In this document: positions 39,083 through 51,497 of the stretch, piece after piece | Layout of the letters: every line of letters starts with the position of its first letter | Position numbering within the stretch: position 1 is the first letter of the stretch | DNA from: Eledone cirrhosa | Taxonomy: Eukaryota | Length of the DNA stretch: 64,000 nt | Assembly: GCA_964016885.1 (NCBI GenBank) | Contig: OZ024743.1 | Span: forward strand, 248,868,001-248,932,000 | Direction: 5' to 3' | Program-made: the position numbers and the translations under genes | The notes under the pieces: model-generated | Told to the model about the DNA's origin: nothing | Database searches by the model: none | What the model saw: only the letters and a program-made list of their open reading frames with translations

Positions 39083-39172
39083 GATCTATATTGCATATTC
39101 AGATGTGTTATATTCATTGTTTTATTTCTGTTCAGTTTTAACTTTCATCCTCAAACCAAGTGTTATAAAATA

Positions 39173-40534
39173 CTAGCTGGCCTGTCCAGCAGACACCTGC
39201 CTAGGTATTCCAGCATTTTATCTTTTCAGGAATCCCCCCTCCACTCCAGTGCAAAGATACCGCACGCCCTCTCAAGTCTGTGAGGTTGGGGTGGGGGGTT
39301 GGTGGGGGTTAACATGCTCTGATGTTGGGTTTGAATAGTTTTTAGGATTCCCCAGTTCAGCAGCCAGTACGTTAAAGAAAATTGATAGTTACAACAATAA
39401 AGGCTGAACAGAGGACAAATTTTTTAACAAACAATAATTTGTACAACCATAATGGAAATTCCAAGTAACAGAAAATATTTAAATTACATTGTTAGAGCCT
39501 CAGAGTATACAATATTTTTTGTTCGGCCCTCCGGAGCAAAGATGAAGAGATTGTTTGGCGAGCTCACCCTAGAGCATCCTACATACAATTGACCATGGGA
39601 GAATCACTGATCTCGTAGTTCATCTCGCGGAGAAGCTCTGTAGACGTTGACCTATGGACTCCTGTCAGGAGCAGGTAAGCTGTATGACTTAGAGGCCTAC
39701 CACCAATCTCCAGGACACTGTTTTCAAGACAAATGAGCGCCTCATTGAAAACGACATCGTATGTTACGTTCGGATTGTGTCTGTGTGTGCGGTGGAGGAT
39801 GTCCTCGGCTAGAGTTTCACGGTGGTTGTTCCACAGTGTGAGAGAGTCGGCTAGCACGCAGTTGTGCAGCATAATAGCAAAAAGTTTTCACAGCTGAGAA
39901 GGGACTTTAGCAGTTGCTGCTTCTTGCAGGGTGAGGTGCCAATGGTTGTCATCATGTAACATACCACACATCTGGCAAGCCAAACAGTAAGTGGAACATT
40001 GATGGCCATTGATGGTTCTCAGCTCTTGGACAGACTGTGGTCCTCTAACCTCGAACAGTAACAATGACAATAAGCCGTCTGTGCCTTTGTGAAATAAATA
40101 GGTTTTTGTTTTTGTGTATGCAAAAATATCTGTACACAAATATATATATTAAAATAACAGATTAAAGTTTAAGCAAAGGCTTTCACCTGTAACGGGATCT
40201 TATAAAACTAAAAAAAATCAATCTGTGAACGCAGAAGTAAATATTTCGAAAAACGTTATCTAATGTAGACAGCCAGACATATAGAGACATATTATTAGGG
40301 TCATAAGAAAAAGTGAGGAATGTCGTATAACCGGAAATGTTGACATTTGAAATTTTAAAGAAGTGAATATTTAAATAATGTCTTTAATCTTTTAACAAAA
40401 TTCAGTAGACAAAAATACCCTCACCTTTTTACTTGGAAAAAGTTACATCTATGGTGCAAATTTGGTGCTGTTTTGTCCAGCCGTTTGGCGAAAAGTTTGT
40501 TACATACATACGGCCGTCAGCTTTATATTATAGA
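39173..40534 (-). mobile_element. Internally deleted Helitron 2 (Rep-Hel linker fused to helicase C-terminus)
   Basis: 5' TCTATAATATAAAGC at 40534, 3' CTAG at 39176-39173. Contains VRGPQS..LRTING..C..Y..AC...G.L.DD.HW, LWNNHRETLAED and FSHGQLYVGCSRV. Confidence 0.88.
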
Positions 40535-40998
40535 TTATAACCGAATTATTCTCCCAAAAAGATCAAAAGGGTGCTATTTATTGTGATTTCAGGAATAAAA
40601 GGGTAAATTTATCATGGCTGTTATTCCAACAAACATTCTTTTTGATTTCCAACATGTTAATCCTACTTTGAACCTTACAGAAAACATCTGTTTTAAACAT
40701 GAGTGGCCATTCTTCTATGAAAACAAGTATTGGTTGATGATACAGTATAGAAAATGCTTCTATGACGTCAGAAACATTTTCTAACAAATAATTGGGTTAT
40801 ATTTCAAGCAACAGAATGAAATGCTTATGGAATTTATCATGGATTATTATATAATAATTGAATGAGGTGGTAATTATTTCAATAAACAAATTAAGAAAAT
40901 GTCATTAATAAAGAAATTAGATAATTAAAATAATTTAGTTGAGAGTATAAGTTAGTCAAATGAGGTGGGAAAATGCATATTGAAAGAATAGAGCATAT

Positions 40999-41218
40999 CT
41001 AACCTTTTAGCATTTACATTTATATACTATTGAATTTTCATGGTAAAGGCTTTATCTCACATAATTATCTCACATAATATCGAAACTATGAGATTTTGAT
41101 ATTTATTTTGAGAAGAATACCTTAACGTCAGTATGAGAGGCCATTTACAGCTGGTTTGAATAGAAAGAGGTGAGAGAATTCAGGCCAGATACAGCCGGTT
41201 TAAATATTAAAGGGTTAA
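40999..41218. mobile_element. piggyBac-type MITE family B (also 2321-2527, 12126-12330, 17826-18000)
   Basis: aacctttta gcatttacatt...ccggtttaaatattaaagggTTAA; four recognisable copies. Confidence 0.72.
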
Positions 41219-41981
41219 ACTTTAAAAAAAACAATGTTTGCAGCTGTCCAATGTTGTTGACAGGGGTTAGCTTTTCAGGCCCCATGATGGTGATGTTTTT
41301 GAGGCAATGTTTTATGACTGGATGCAATTCCTGCTGCTCACCCTTGTGGTTACTTCTTATAACATACAGGGATACAAATACTTATTCTAAACTAGATACA
41401 CATAAAGTATATGAAAGCTGTGTGAGATGTATAAGATAGGTTCATCAACTGTGTAGTCATATAAAAGAAACAAAAAAATATTAAAGGCAATTATTATTAC
41501 ATGACTCTGGTAGGTTCAACAAAACAAATAATCATGTAAAGGTATTGAACCCAGCATGCCAGAAAATTAGTGGTGTATGGCATTATGTAATAGAACTTAG
41601 TTCCTTTTTCAAATAATTTCTCATCTTTTAAAGTCATGTTTTGCTGTCGCAAAAAAAAAAGAAAAAAGAATTGCTTGTTATTTAATGCTGTATTATTGTC
41701 TCGAATAGTATTGAATCCGGGTTTTTGTTGTTACTATGACAATAACAATAGAACACAGAATATCCATGTAGTTGAATTACTAATTACATTTTGAAAACAT
41801 TAGTTTACATTGTCAGTGGACAGCCAGCAATGCAAACAAGGAGTGGTTGATATTAGAGATTAAAACATGTTTTGTTAGAGAATTTTGTCAATATCTTTCT
41901 ATGGGACATCTCAGACGATCAAAGATGGGCTTGTCTCTGTAAATATAATTGTAATATGAATGTAGATTAAGTAAGGATATT

Positions 41982-42163
41982 AATTGTTTCTACTTTTGGC
42001 ACAAGGCCAGCAATTATCCAGTGCATTACTGGTACTTTATTTTATCGACCCCGTAAGGATGAAAGGCAAAGTTAACCTCGGCAGGATTTGAACTCAGAAT
42101 GGCAAGGGCCGTAACTCTATGCGTCAAAGCATGGCGTCTGACTCTCTACCGATACTGCCAATC
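41982..42163 (-). mobile_element. Same young SINE subfamily
   Basis: Reverse complement near-identical to 31727-31913. Confidence 0.88.
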
Positions 42164-42435
42164 AGCTGTTTTAATTAACCATAATTCCATAAATATGGAA
42201 TATTTTTTAATATATATTAATCAAGACAGGAAGGGCAGTGCTCATGAATAATCTTTTCAAACTCTCCTAGACTGGTGAGATTGGTGTGGATGGTATCCAA
42301 TATTCTAAGATTATTGCAAAGATGCTCAGGCTATTCCAGAAAAATGTGGAATGGTCAAACCTAGAAGTCTGGTCCAAATGCTTGCAACAGAATGAACATT
42401 GCTAACACCAGCTTAATAATGAGAAAATTAGTTAT

Positions 42436-42702
42436 ATTATTAAATTCTTAGGAAATCTCGATTATTTTCAAAAGGATTTGAAAATTATAGTCAGTGTCTT
42501 TCATCAAAAATATGGTAACAATAAATGTTTACCTTTTGAATTTTGATGAACAAAATTTTGTTTAAAATCTCAAGGGTAAAGATAAATCTTTACTTTTGAA
42601 TTTTGTTTAACATTTTTGTTACCATATTTTTAATGAAAGACACTGACCACAATTTTCAAATCCTTTTGAAAATAACCGAGAATTTGTATGGATTTAATAA
42701 TT
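42436..42702. repeat. Imperfect inverted repeat of two MITE family A ends
   Basis: ~90-bp arms (ttattttcaaaaggatttgaaaatt..cagtgtctttcat..aaaatatggtaaca) around an ~80-bp spacer. Confidence 0.85.
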
Positions 42703-43749
42703 AATAAAACAGATTCTTTTCATTAAAATTTTTTTTCAGTTTCTTTCACTTTCATTTTAATGTCTGTCATTTTATATACCTAAAGCAAAACATCTGCCTC
42801 AGTTATTTACAGCTATTATGATACTGAAGATTAAACTGGATGTCTACATAGTAGTGTTATAACATTCTAAGCAACAGTTTGTTTCTTTTTATTGAAACAG
42901 AATGCTGTTTCATTAGCAATTTATGTTTTTTTCTTGCAACTCTGAGGTTTTAAATTGAACAATTAAAAGTATTTCTTCTTGGAGACTGTTCTTCCTATAA
43001 TTTGTACTACATAGGGCAGTCGTTGAGTTTGGCAGGTCCACCCCAATCAAAATATAGTACACATCAGAAGTGACCAAAAGGCCCAACACCACAAGAAGAA
43101 AATGCTATCTAAGATGAATCACTCCTCAGTTATGCTACTGCTCGGAGAGCTAACACCAGGAAGTACAAACCTATTTCATAAAATATTTAGATTTTCTCTG
43201 TTTTGTAATGGGTGTGCCAATTGTGTCATTCATAGAAATAAATATACAGAGGAGGATTTGAACTGAAAGGGAAACTTATTGGAATATTAAAGGATTGTAC
43301 AGTATACTTATGAAAGATGAACTCACAGCAGTCATATTATTACAAATTAAACAGATCTGAAAATGAAATAGGTAGCTCAATGAATAGTTTTTAACAATGA
43401 TACAAGCTACTATATAAACTCAATTATACTGACAGGCTAGCTATTAAACTACATTCGATGACCAGGGCCAACAGTTTACCAATGGAATAAAATAGCTGTC
43501 AGCTAGAAATCAGGTGCCATGCTAGACCTTCTGGATGTCAGGAATTAAGAAATTGATGAAGGAAGAATGAAGCTCTTTGGAACTTCTATCCTGATCATAT
43601 CTTCTTAAAAAAAGTACACCTGTAAAAACTTATACAGAAGATCAACAACATTGATCTCTCTGGTCTCAAAAGGGCCTATGAAGGCCATGGACATTGTCTT
43701 GTCGTACGGATTTCTAAAGTCTAAAGTCTGTCTTAAGCTATTTAAGGCT

Positions 43750-44003
43750 TGTTAGGCTAGTGCTTATCCCAGTTTCATGGTGTGAAGCGACTGAGAATAC
43801 AAGACTTCCCCCTGGACAGGATGCCAGTCCATCACAGGTTTAAACCTCCAGCTATTGATGGTACTCATTTACAGCTGAGTATCCTGGAGTCACGTGAAAT
43901 GAAGTGTTTTGCTCAAGAACAAACATGCAACCCAGCCCAGGAATCGAACCCACGATATTATGATCGTATGTCCAACACCCTTTCCACTAGGCTACATGCC
44001 TTC
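43750..44003 (-). mobile_element. Third tRNA-derived SINE family (also 1518-1660 and 23384-23592 on +, 58230-58380 on -)
   Basis: Reverse: gaaggcatgtagcctagtgg..ggttcgattcctgggc (A and B boxes). Confidence 0.75.
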
Positions 44004-44238
44004 CTTTGGATCTACCAAGTAAAAATAATAAATAAATAAAAGCACAAACACACAAATGTAAGAAAATCCCAATTATGTATGCATATATATATGTGTGTGT
44101 ATATACGCACACATATATATATGCATAAACACATACACATATATGCACACACACACACACATACATATATATGGGCCTTCCAATTTCATTTTACAATATA
44201 TATATGTGTACATATATTATATGTATGAATATATATAT

Positions 44239-44308
44239 ATATTGTTATACTTTGGGAGGGTCATGTTGCCATTATTGGCAACATGACCCTCCCAAAGTAT
44301 AACAATAT
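44239..44308. repeat. Perfect 33-bp-arm hairpin, same family as the core of the 33-kb palindrome
   Basis: atattgttatactttgggagggtcatgttgcca-ttat-tggcaacatgaccctcccaaagtataacaatat. Confidence 0.95.
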
Positions 44309-44360
44309 CGGTTTCAACACACGATTTCAGATAAAGAATCTTGCTAAACAAATTCAGAAA

Positions 44361-44399
<39 letters not shown>

Positions 44400-44415
44400 A
44401 ATATATATATAATAA

Positions 44416-44632
44416 CGATTTCTAGTATAGGCACAAGGCCAGTAATTTGGAGGGAGGGGAAAGTCGATTAAATCGACCCCAGTACGTTACTGGTGCTTTA
44501 CTTTATCGACCCCGTAGGGATGAAAGGGAAACTTAACCTCGGCGGGATTTGAACTCAGATGATAAAGGGCCGTAACTCTATGCTGCAAAGAATGGCGTCC
44601 GACCCTCTAACGATCCTGCCAATCCACCGCCC
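44416..44632 (-). mobile_element. Related SINE subfamily (longer 3' region)
   Basis: Same head and central domain plus ggggtcgatttaatcgac segment; older relatives at 555-730, 17010-17218, 19650-19835, 25005-25150 and 31160-31300. Confidence 0.85.
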
Positions 44633-45062
44633 TGAATATATATAATAATGAAAAGGATGAGTTGTTATATCATCATTACGTTAATTGAGAAGTGACGTGC
44701 GTTTTGCTATTGATCAGCTTAAGGTTTGATCTGTATTGATCTAGCCCAACTTTGGATATATCTATCTATATACTACTAAAACACTGTGATTGTGTGCTTG
44801 TCTGCAATTTAATACAGCCAAAACGGTGCATCATGGGAAAATATTTTGAAAGGAAGTTGCCCCTGAAATGGGAATACAAATTGAATAAAACAAGTTTTGC
44901 ATAAATTGGAGAATGGGTTCCAGAGATACGGGTTTTTTCCAGGTACCTTCATAAACAGAGAGAGAGAAAGATAGAGAGAAAGAGATAGTGGTTGTAAGAG
45001 AGTAGATTGAAAGAGAGACATAGAGAGAAAGAGAGATGGAGACAGAGAAGGAAAATGGAAGG

Positions 45063-45095
<33 letters not shown>

Positions 45096-45489
45096 CGAGA
45101 GAGAGAGCTGGTGGCGGTGTTGAATGAACGAAAACAGCATTACTGTATTTTGTGACGGAATATTAAATCATATGTATCATATAACTTGTGTTAGGATAGG
45201 ATGTGTGTAGCGAATATATTTAGCTAAATAGGAAGGGTTTCTAAGGGTGTGTGTATATGTGTGTACAAATATATCTATGTATATATATATGTGTGTGTCT
45301 GTGACCAATGCATATAGGTCACAGACACCTACATATATACATACATACACACATACATATATATAGGCCTTCCAATTTCATTTTACAATATATACATGTC
45401 TGTGTATATTTTAATTATTTAAAAATTATTTTTAAGTGAACATGATTTTTAAAACAAATTCTTAAGTGAACGTGACCCAACGGGTCGAG

Positions 45490-45517
<28 letters not shown>

Positions 45518-45520
<3 letters not shown>

Positions 45521-45850
45521 TCATCATCATCATCATCATTTAACATCCACTTTTCCCTGCTTGCAAGAGTGGGACGGATCCACTTCAGCACAGCATCTCT
45601 CTATTTATCACGGTCCTTTGTCATCTCCTCTGTGAGCTTCAGCGATCTGAGGTCAGCACTCTCACCATGTCTGCCCATGTTTTTCGTGATCTTCCTCTAC
45701 TTCGTCTTCCTTCCACCAGGATTTCTTGGCACTTCTTTACCCAGCGGTCATCTTCCATGCTCATCACATGTCTTCTCTCCCACACACTACAGCTTATCCC
45801 TCTTATACACAGTTTCTCTCTCAACTCGTCTATGCTTGGCAGATACATAA
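45518..45850 (-). mobile_element. RTE LINE 3' fragment (short-UTR type)
   Basis: SIDELREKL..HVMSMEDDRWVKKC..GRSRKTW followed by (CAT)n. Confidence 0.85.
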
Positions 45851-45883
<33 letters not shown>

Positions 45884-45936
45884 AACACACACACATATAT
45901 ATATAATACACACATACACATATGTACACACACATG

Positions 45937-45990
<54 letters not shown>

Positions 45991-47090
45991 TACTGCAACA
46001 GGGTTTGTACCTACATAGGTAATCCCCTGTCTATTTGACTTTCGCCTGACCTAACTGAGGTCGTAGGTGAAAGGGATAGGATCAATCACTTTTTGACAGG
46101 ACAAAGAAAACGTTTGTTGGTGCCTGTTTATGTCGTGGTTTTGGGTTCAATCCCTAATTTTTTTTATTCCTTACTGAAAGTACTTAATGAACCTGTGAAC
46201 GTCCCTAGCAGTTAAGAATGAGAAATTGAATTGTTTCTGGCGCGATTGTACTCTCGTCATTGTTAACGAAAACTACATTGAAACACGCACACACACACGT
46301 GTGTATTGACGGTAATACACACACACACACATGCTAACGGCGACATAACATTTACCGGTTATATAAACTTTTCATGCTATATAACATTGTACTGACTACA
46401 TAGCCTTTTACCTGCTACATAGCTTTACCGGCTACATAATGAATATATCCCCATGAAGATTAACAACCGAAAATGAAAATAATTATGTCGTTTGATTTTA
46501 CGATTGAAAGAAAATAATTGTCGCAAATTAGAATTTTTATTTGTTAATGAAGTGTGTATCTGTGGTTAGAAATCCGGCACGTGATTAAATTGATTTAAAG
46601 TTTAATTATTCATTTGATGTGAGTGTGTGTTTGTATGTGTTTGCAAATGAATAAATCAGTTTGAAGACTCACATTTAGAATAAACGAAATTGTACGTTAA
46701 TGTGGCTAATGTTTTTGTTGTTTAGTCTGTAAAGTGTATGAGTGAGAGAGTAAAATGGACAGTATCACCATCAACATGAACAATGTAAAATGAAAAGAAT
46801 AGTTGTTTCAGCTTAGAAAGAGAAAGTAGCAGAAAGTATGAAGTTGTATAGATTTTGAAGGGTAATGGAAAGAGTTTAGCAGTTGAAATGAGAGAGGTAA
46901 AATCATAAAATATTGAGTTTTATCGATTTTTTGCGTAATTGTGGGTGAAATTGAAAAAAATATATGTGCCATGACCCAATTGAAGCTATTTCGAATACTG
47001 AATTGTAAATTTCAATTGAAGAAATTCTATATCGTAGATTTCTATAACAAAGAAATGTAACCATACACTGAGCTTTATAGATTATTATGA

Positions 47091-47167
<77 letters not shown>

Positions 47168-47168
<1 letters not shown>

Positions 47169-47601
47169 TAGCAGAGGTACCCGACGTTGCTCGAGTATTA
47201 AATAGCAGTTGTGTATAACATTTATGTCAATACTTCAGTGCTGCTTCGAAAACTATACTTTTACAAAATCATCGGCTTTTTCCAAAAGGGGGTTCCTGCC
47301 CCCAGGAGCCCTCTACTCAATATGTGCCAATTCTGATAGTTCACATTCACCTGTAGGGCAAACATAGCCCTTGTGTCAAGTTTTGTGAACTCCAGAAGTT
47401 ATGATGTTTTGTTGCATTGCACTGCAGTGCTTCAGTCGACTCCAAGGAAGTGGTTGAAGGGGGTTATCTGCCGGTAGGCCCTATAATCAATATCTGGAAA
47501 AATGAAAGTGCCCATGACCATCCGGAGTACATAAGTAACCTATGTCTTAAGTTTGGTGAAAATACAGTAGAAATGCATAAGGTTTATACATACGCGTGCG
47601 C

Positions 47602-47698
<97 letters not shown>

Positions 47699-48296
47699 GT
47701 GGGTGTGTATGTATTTGTGTGTGCGTATGTATGTGTTTGTCCGTCAGGGCATACGTATGTACTGGCCTAAACCTTCACTATTTACTTTTACTATTTTAAT
47801 AACCTCTGTCATTTTTGTTTTCAATTTTATTTACATCATTCTTAAACTCCGGGGCTGGAAATCTCTTTGTTATTTTAATTAGAATATTAGTTTAACGACT
47901 CCATTTATACCATGAACTTGGTCTTGTCTTTGCATGAAATTGTTCTTCTCACTCCACATAACGACGTATTATCCTCGCTTTTTTCCCGTTCATTGCCAGG
48001 CAACGTCTTCACGAACCAAAATATCGTCTTCCTGTTTTCCTTCGGTTGCAACGTTTCTCGAAATATTTACTTCTGCGTTCACAGATTACTCTCAGTTCAA
48101 TTTGAATGGGAAATTCCTGTTTCATCGATTTTCTCAGTAACCATGGAAGCTTGTAGCTTGAAAGTCGACCCAACGCCTCCTCGGGTCATTCTGCATAACT
48201 GTGTAAATTTTTGCTGCATTCCACCAAGCAGTTTAGACGTTTATCCGACTAAACCTACATATACAATGTCCGACCACTTCCAATTTATATAGTAGA
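47168..48296 (-). mobile_element. Non-autonomous Helitron 3 with internal (GT)n
   Basis: 5' TCTACTATATAAA at 48296; 3' ..ctcgagcaacgtcgggtacctctgCTAG|T; inserted in (TA)n. Confidence 0.75.
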
Positions 48297-48409
48297 TATA
48301 TATATATATATATTCCTGCTATATCAAGCGTTAACCTAATATATCCCTTCCATATACTGTACCATTTGTGTTGTTATTTCTGTTTACCTTTTACATAATA
48401 TATATATAT

Positions 48410-48441
<32 letters not shown>

Positions 48442-49140
48442 TTTATGTCCGTTCTTCCATGCTAGCATGGGTTAGACGGGTTGTCCTCTTGTGGGCAGTG
48501 TCCAGTCGGTTGACCTTGTCTTGCTCATACAGGAACTGATTCTGGCTTGATTTCTACAGCTGGATGCCCTTCCTAACATCAACCTCATTTACAGTGAGTG
48601 CTGGGTGCATTTTTCTGTGGCGCCTACATGTCTACTTTACAGTGAGTGCTGGATGCTTTTTTGCCGTGGCACCTCCACGACCACTTTGCAGTGGGAGGGT
48701 GTGGGGGGCATATTGTCTATATGCTTCAGCTTCGGCTTGTTCCTGTAGGGGGTCGGGTCTTCTGTATTAGTGCATGATGCCAGAGGTCACGGTCGTGGCC
48801 TTTGAGAGGTGTAATTGGGTAAGGTCGGCCTTTATCACCTCATCCCAGGTCTTCTTGGGTCTCCCCACTCCGCGGCTTCCATCGACTTCTAGTGCTCTGC
48901 ACCTTTTTATGCAGCTGTCATCCTTCATACGCATCACATGTCCATACCAACGTAACCACCTCACCTGCACACAGCATTTGATTCCTCTTATGCTTAGTCT
49001 CTCTCTCAATTCATTTATACTTTGGCGTTCGTGTACCATTGGAGCATGCAGGCTTCGTTTCTTTCTAATCTGCGCAAGTCTTCTACAGACAGCACCCAGG
49101 TTTCACTTCCATGTAACATTGCTGTTCGTATACACGCAAT
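48410..49140 (-). mobile_element. RTE LINE 3' fragment
   Basis: (CAT)n tail, 3' UTR, and ORF 48767-49039 (LRWYGHVMRMKDD, GRPKKTW). Confidence 0.9.
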
Positions 49141-50339
49141 ATATTTATATATATATATATATATGACGTTAAACGAAGATGATGATGATGATGATGATGA
49201 TGACGATATACTGTTTCTCTGAAAATAGAGTAAAGTGATTTGAAGAAACTTTATTCAATACAAGACAGGCACTTTAAATCCAAAATTTAAAGAATCATTA
49301 TTTCCAAACCAGACATACTGTTATCCACTGCCAGTTTGAAAGCAGAGCGAAAGAAATGTAGTTTTAATACTGGACATAGTGTTATTTATTGTTCCTTTGA
49401 AAATAGGGCGAAGTGATTTGAAGAAACATTATCTCAAAACCAAGGTGTTCAAGTAGAGAGAACACTTTGATATTTGGCAACAGCATCTTTAGAAATAGAT
49501 GGTTACACCCATCCGACTCACATCTTGCTCCAGGACATTTTTCAGCCAAACTCCTGTAAGTGATTCTACTGGCAAGCTAAACTTAGAATGTGACTGGATA
49601 CTTGAAGAGGAGATAGGCACCACCAGATATTTATAAAGCCCACTGAAATGCCATGATGGACACACATCAAATGTCTCGAGTGACATCCCAACAACTGGCC
49701 ACACCAATTGCAAGAACTTGATTGATTGATTTCAAATAATAATTAATAGTAATTAGTATCTTTAGGGTGTGTAGGTGTGTTTAAAGTGTTTAATATGCTC
49801 TTAAATGTCCACTAAACTAATGCAGTAGATGGTAATTGTAATTGATCCAGTAAATATAACTGTCTCATTTGTAAATCCCTGTTAACAAATGTACTTAGAA
49901 TGAGACAACATATAAATAGCAAAGCAAACAAGAATCTGTAACTCTTTCAATCGCTTGAAAGGAAAAATGTTAAAGTCAATATTTGTTATAAAGCTTCTAG
50001 TGAAACTTACAGTTATTTCTGGTTTTCTCAACAGAAAGGTTTTCTCTGTAAAGGCATTCCTTTAATTTATAACTCATTTATTTCTATAAATATTATTTGA
50101 ACAGCAGAAGGTTACTATGACTGCCTAGTAACAAAAGCAAAATGCTGTAATGTAATTATGTATTTTCCTATACAACACTTACTGGTTTTTGGCATTAATC
50201 TATGGCCATGCTGGGGCACCACTTTGAAGAGATTTAGTCCATCATATGGACCCCAGTTTTTATATTTTTCAAGTCTCGTACTTATTTTATTGAACTCTTT
50301 TTGTCAAATTGCTAAGTTGTAGGATATAAACAGAGAGTA

Positions 50340-50717
50340 AAGATAAACACAGATACCCTATCTCTCTCTCTCTCTACACACACACAGATAGACACAGATA
50401 CCCCTCTCTCTCTCTACACACACACACAGATAGACACAGATACCTCCTCTCTCTACACACAGATAGACACAGATACCCCCTCTCTCTCTACACACACACA
50501 CACATACACATAGACACAGAAACCCCCTCTCTCTCTCTCTACACACACACAGATAGACACAGATACCCCCTCTCTCTCTACACACAGATAGACACAGATA
50601 CCCCCTCTCTCTCTCTCTCTCTACACACACACAGATACCCTCTCTCTCTCTACACACACACACACAGATAGACACAGATACCCGCTCTCTCTCTACACAC
50701 AGAGAGACACAGATACC

Positions 50718-50748
<31 letters not shown>

Positions 50749-50972
50749 CAGATAGACACAGATACCCCCTCTCTCTCTCTCCACACACACACACAGATAG
50801 ACACAGATACCCCCTCTCTCTCTACACACAGATAGACACAGATACCCCTCTCTCTCTCTCTACACACACACAGATAGACACAGATACCCCCTCTCTCTCT
50901 ACACACAGATAGACACAGATACCCTTTCTCTCTCTCTCTCTCTACACACACACACAGATAGACACATATACC

Positions 50973-51003
<31 letters not shown>

Positions 51004-51206
51004 GATAGACACAGATACCCCCTCTCTCTCTCTACACACACACAGATAGACACAGATACCCTCTCTCTCTACACACACAGATAGACACAGATACCCTCTC
51101 TCTCTACACACAGATAGACACAGATACCCTCTCTCTCTCTCTCTCTACACACGCACAGATACACACAGATACCCTCTCTCTCTACACACAGATAGACACA
51201 GATACC

Positions 51207-51237
<31 letters not shown>

Positions 51238-51324
51238 GATACACACAGATACCCTCTCTCTACACACACACAGATAGACACAGATACCCCCTCTCTCTCT
51301 ACACACACACACACAGATATCCTT

Positions 51325-51358
<34 letters not shown>

Positions 51359-51497
51359 GATACCCTCTCTCTCTCTCTACACGCACACACAGATACCCTT
51401 TCTCTCTCTCTCTCTCACACACACACAGATACCCTTTCTCTCTCTCTCTCTCACACACACACATATACCCTTTCTCTCTCTCTCTCTAACACACACA
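50340..51497. repeat. Compound satellite: fixed core cagatagacacagataccc + (CT)n + (AC)n
   Basis: Roughly 30 units, each with variable microsatellite lengths. Confidence 0.95.

Noticed and set aside
47417-47882. ORFs with (CV)n and similar (YI)n ORFs elsewhere
   Set aside because: Microsatellite-derived.
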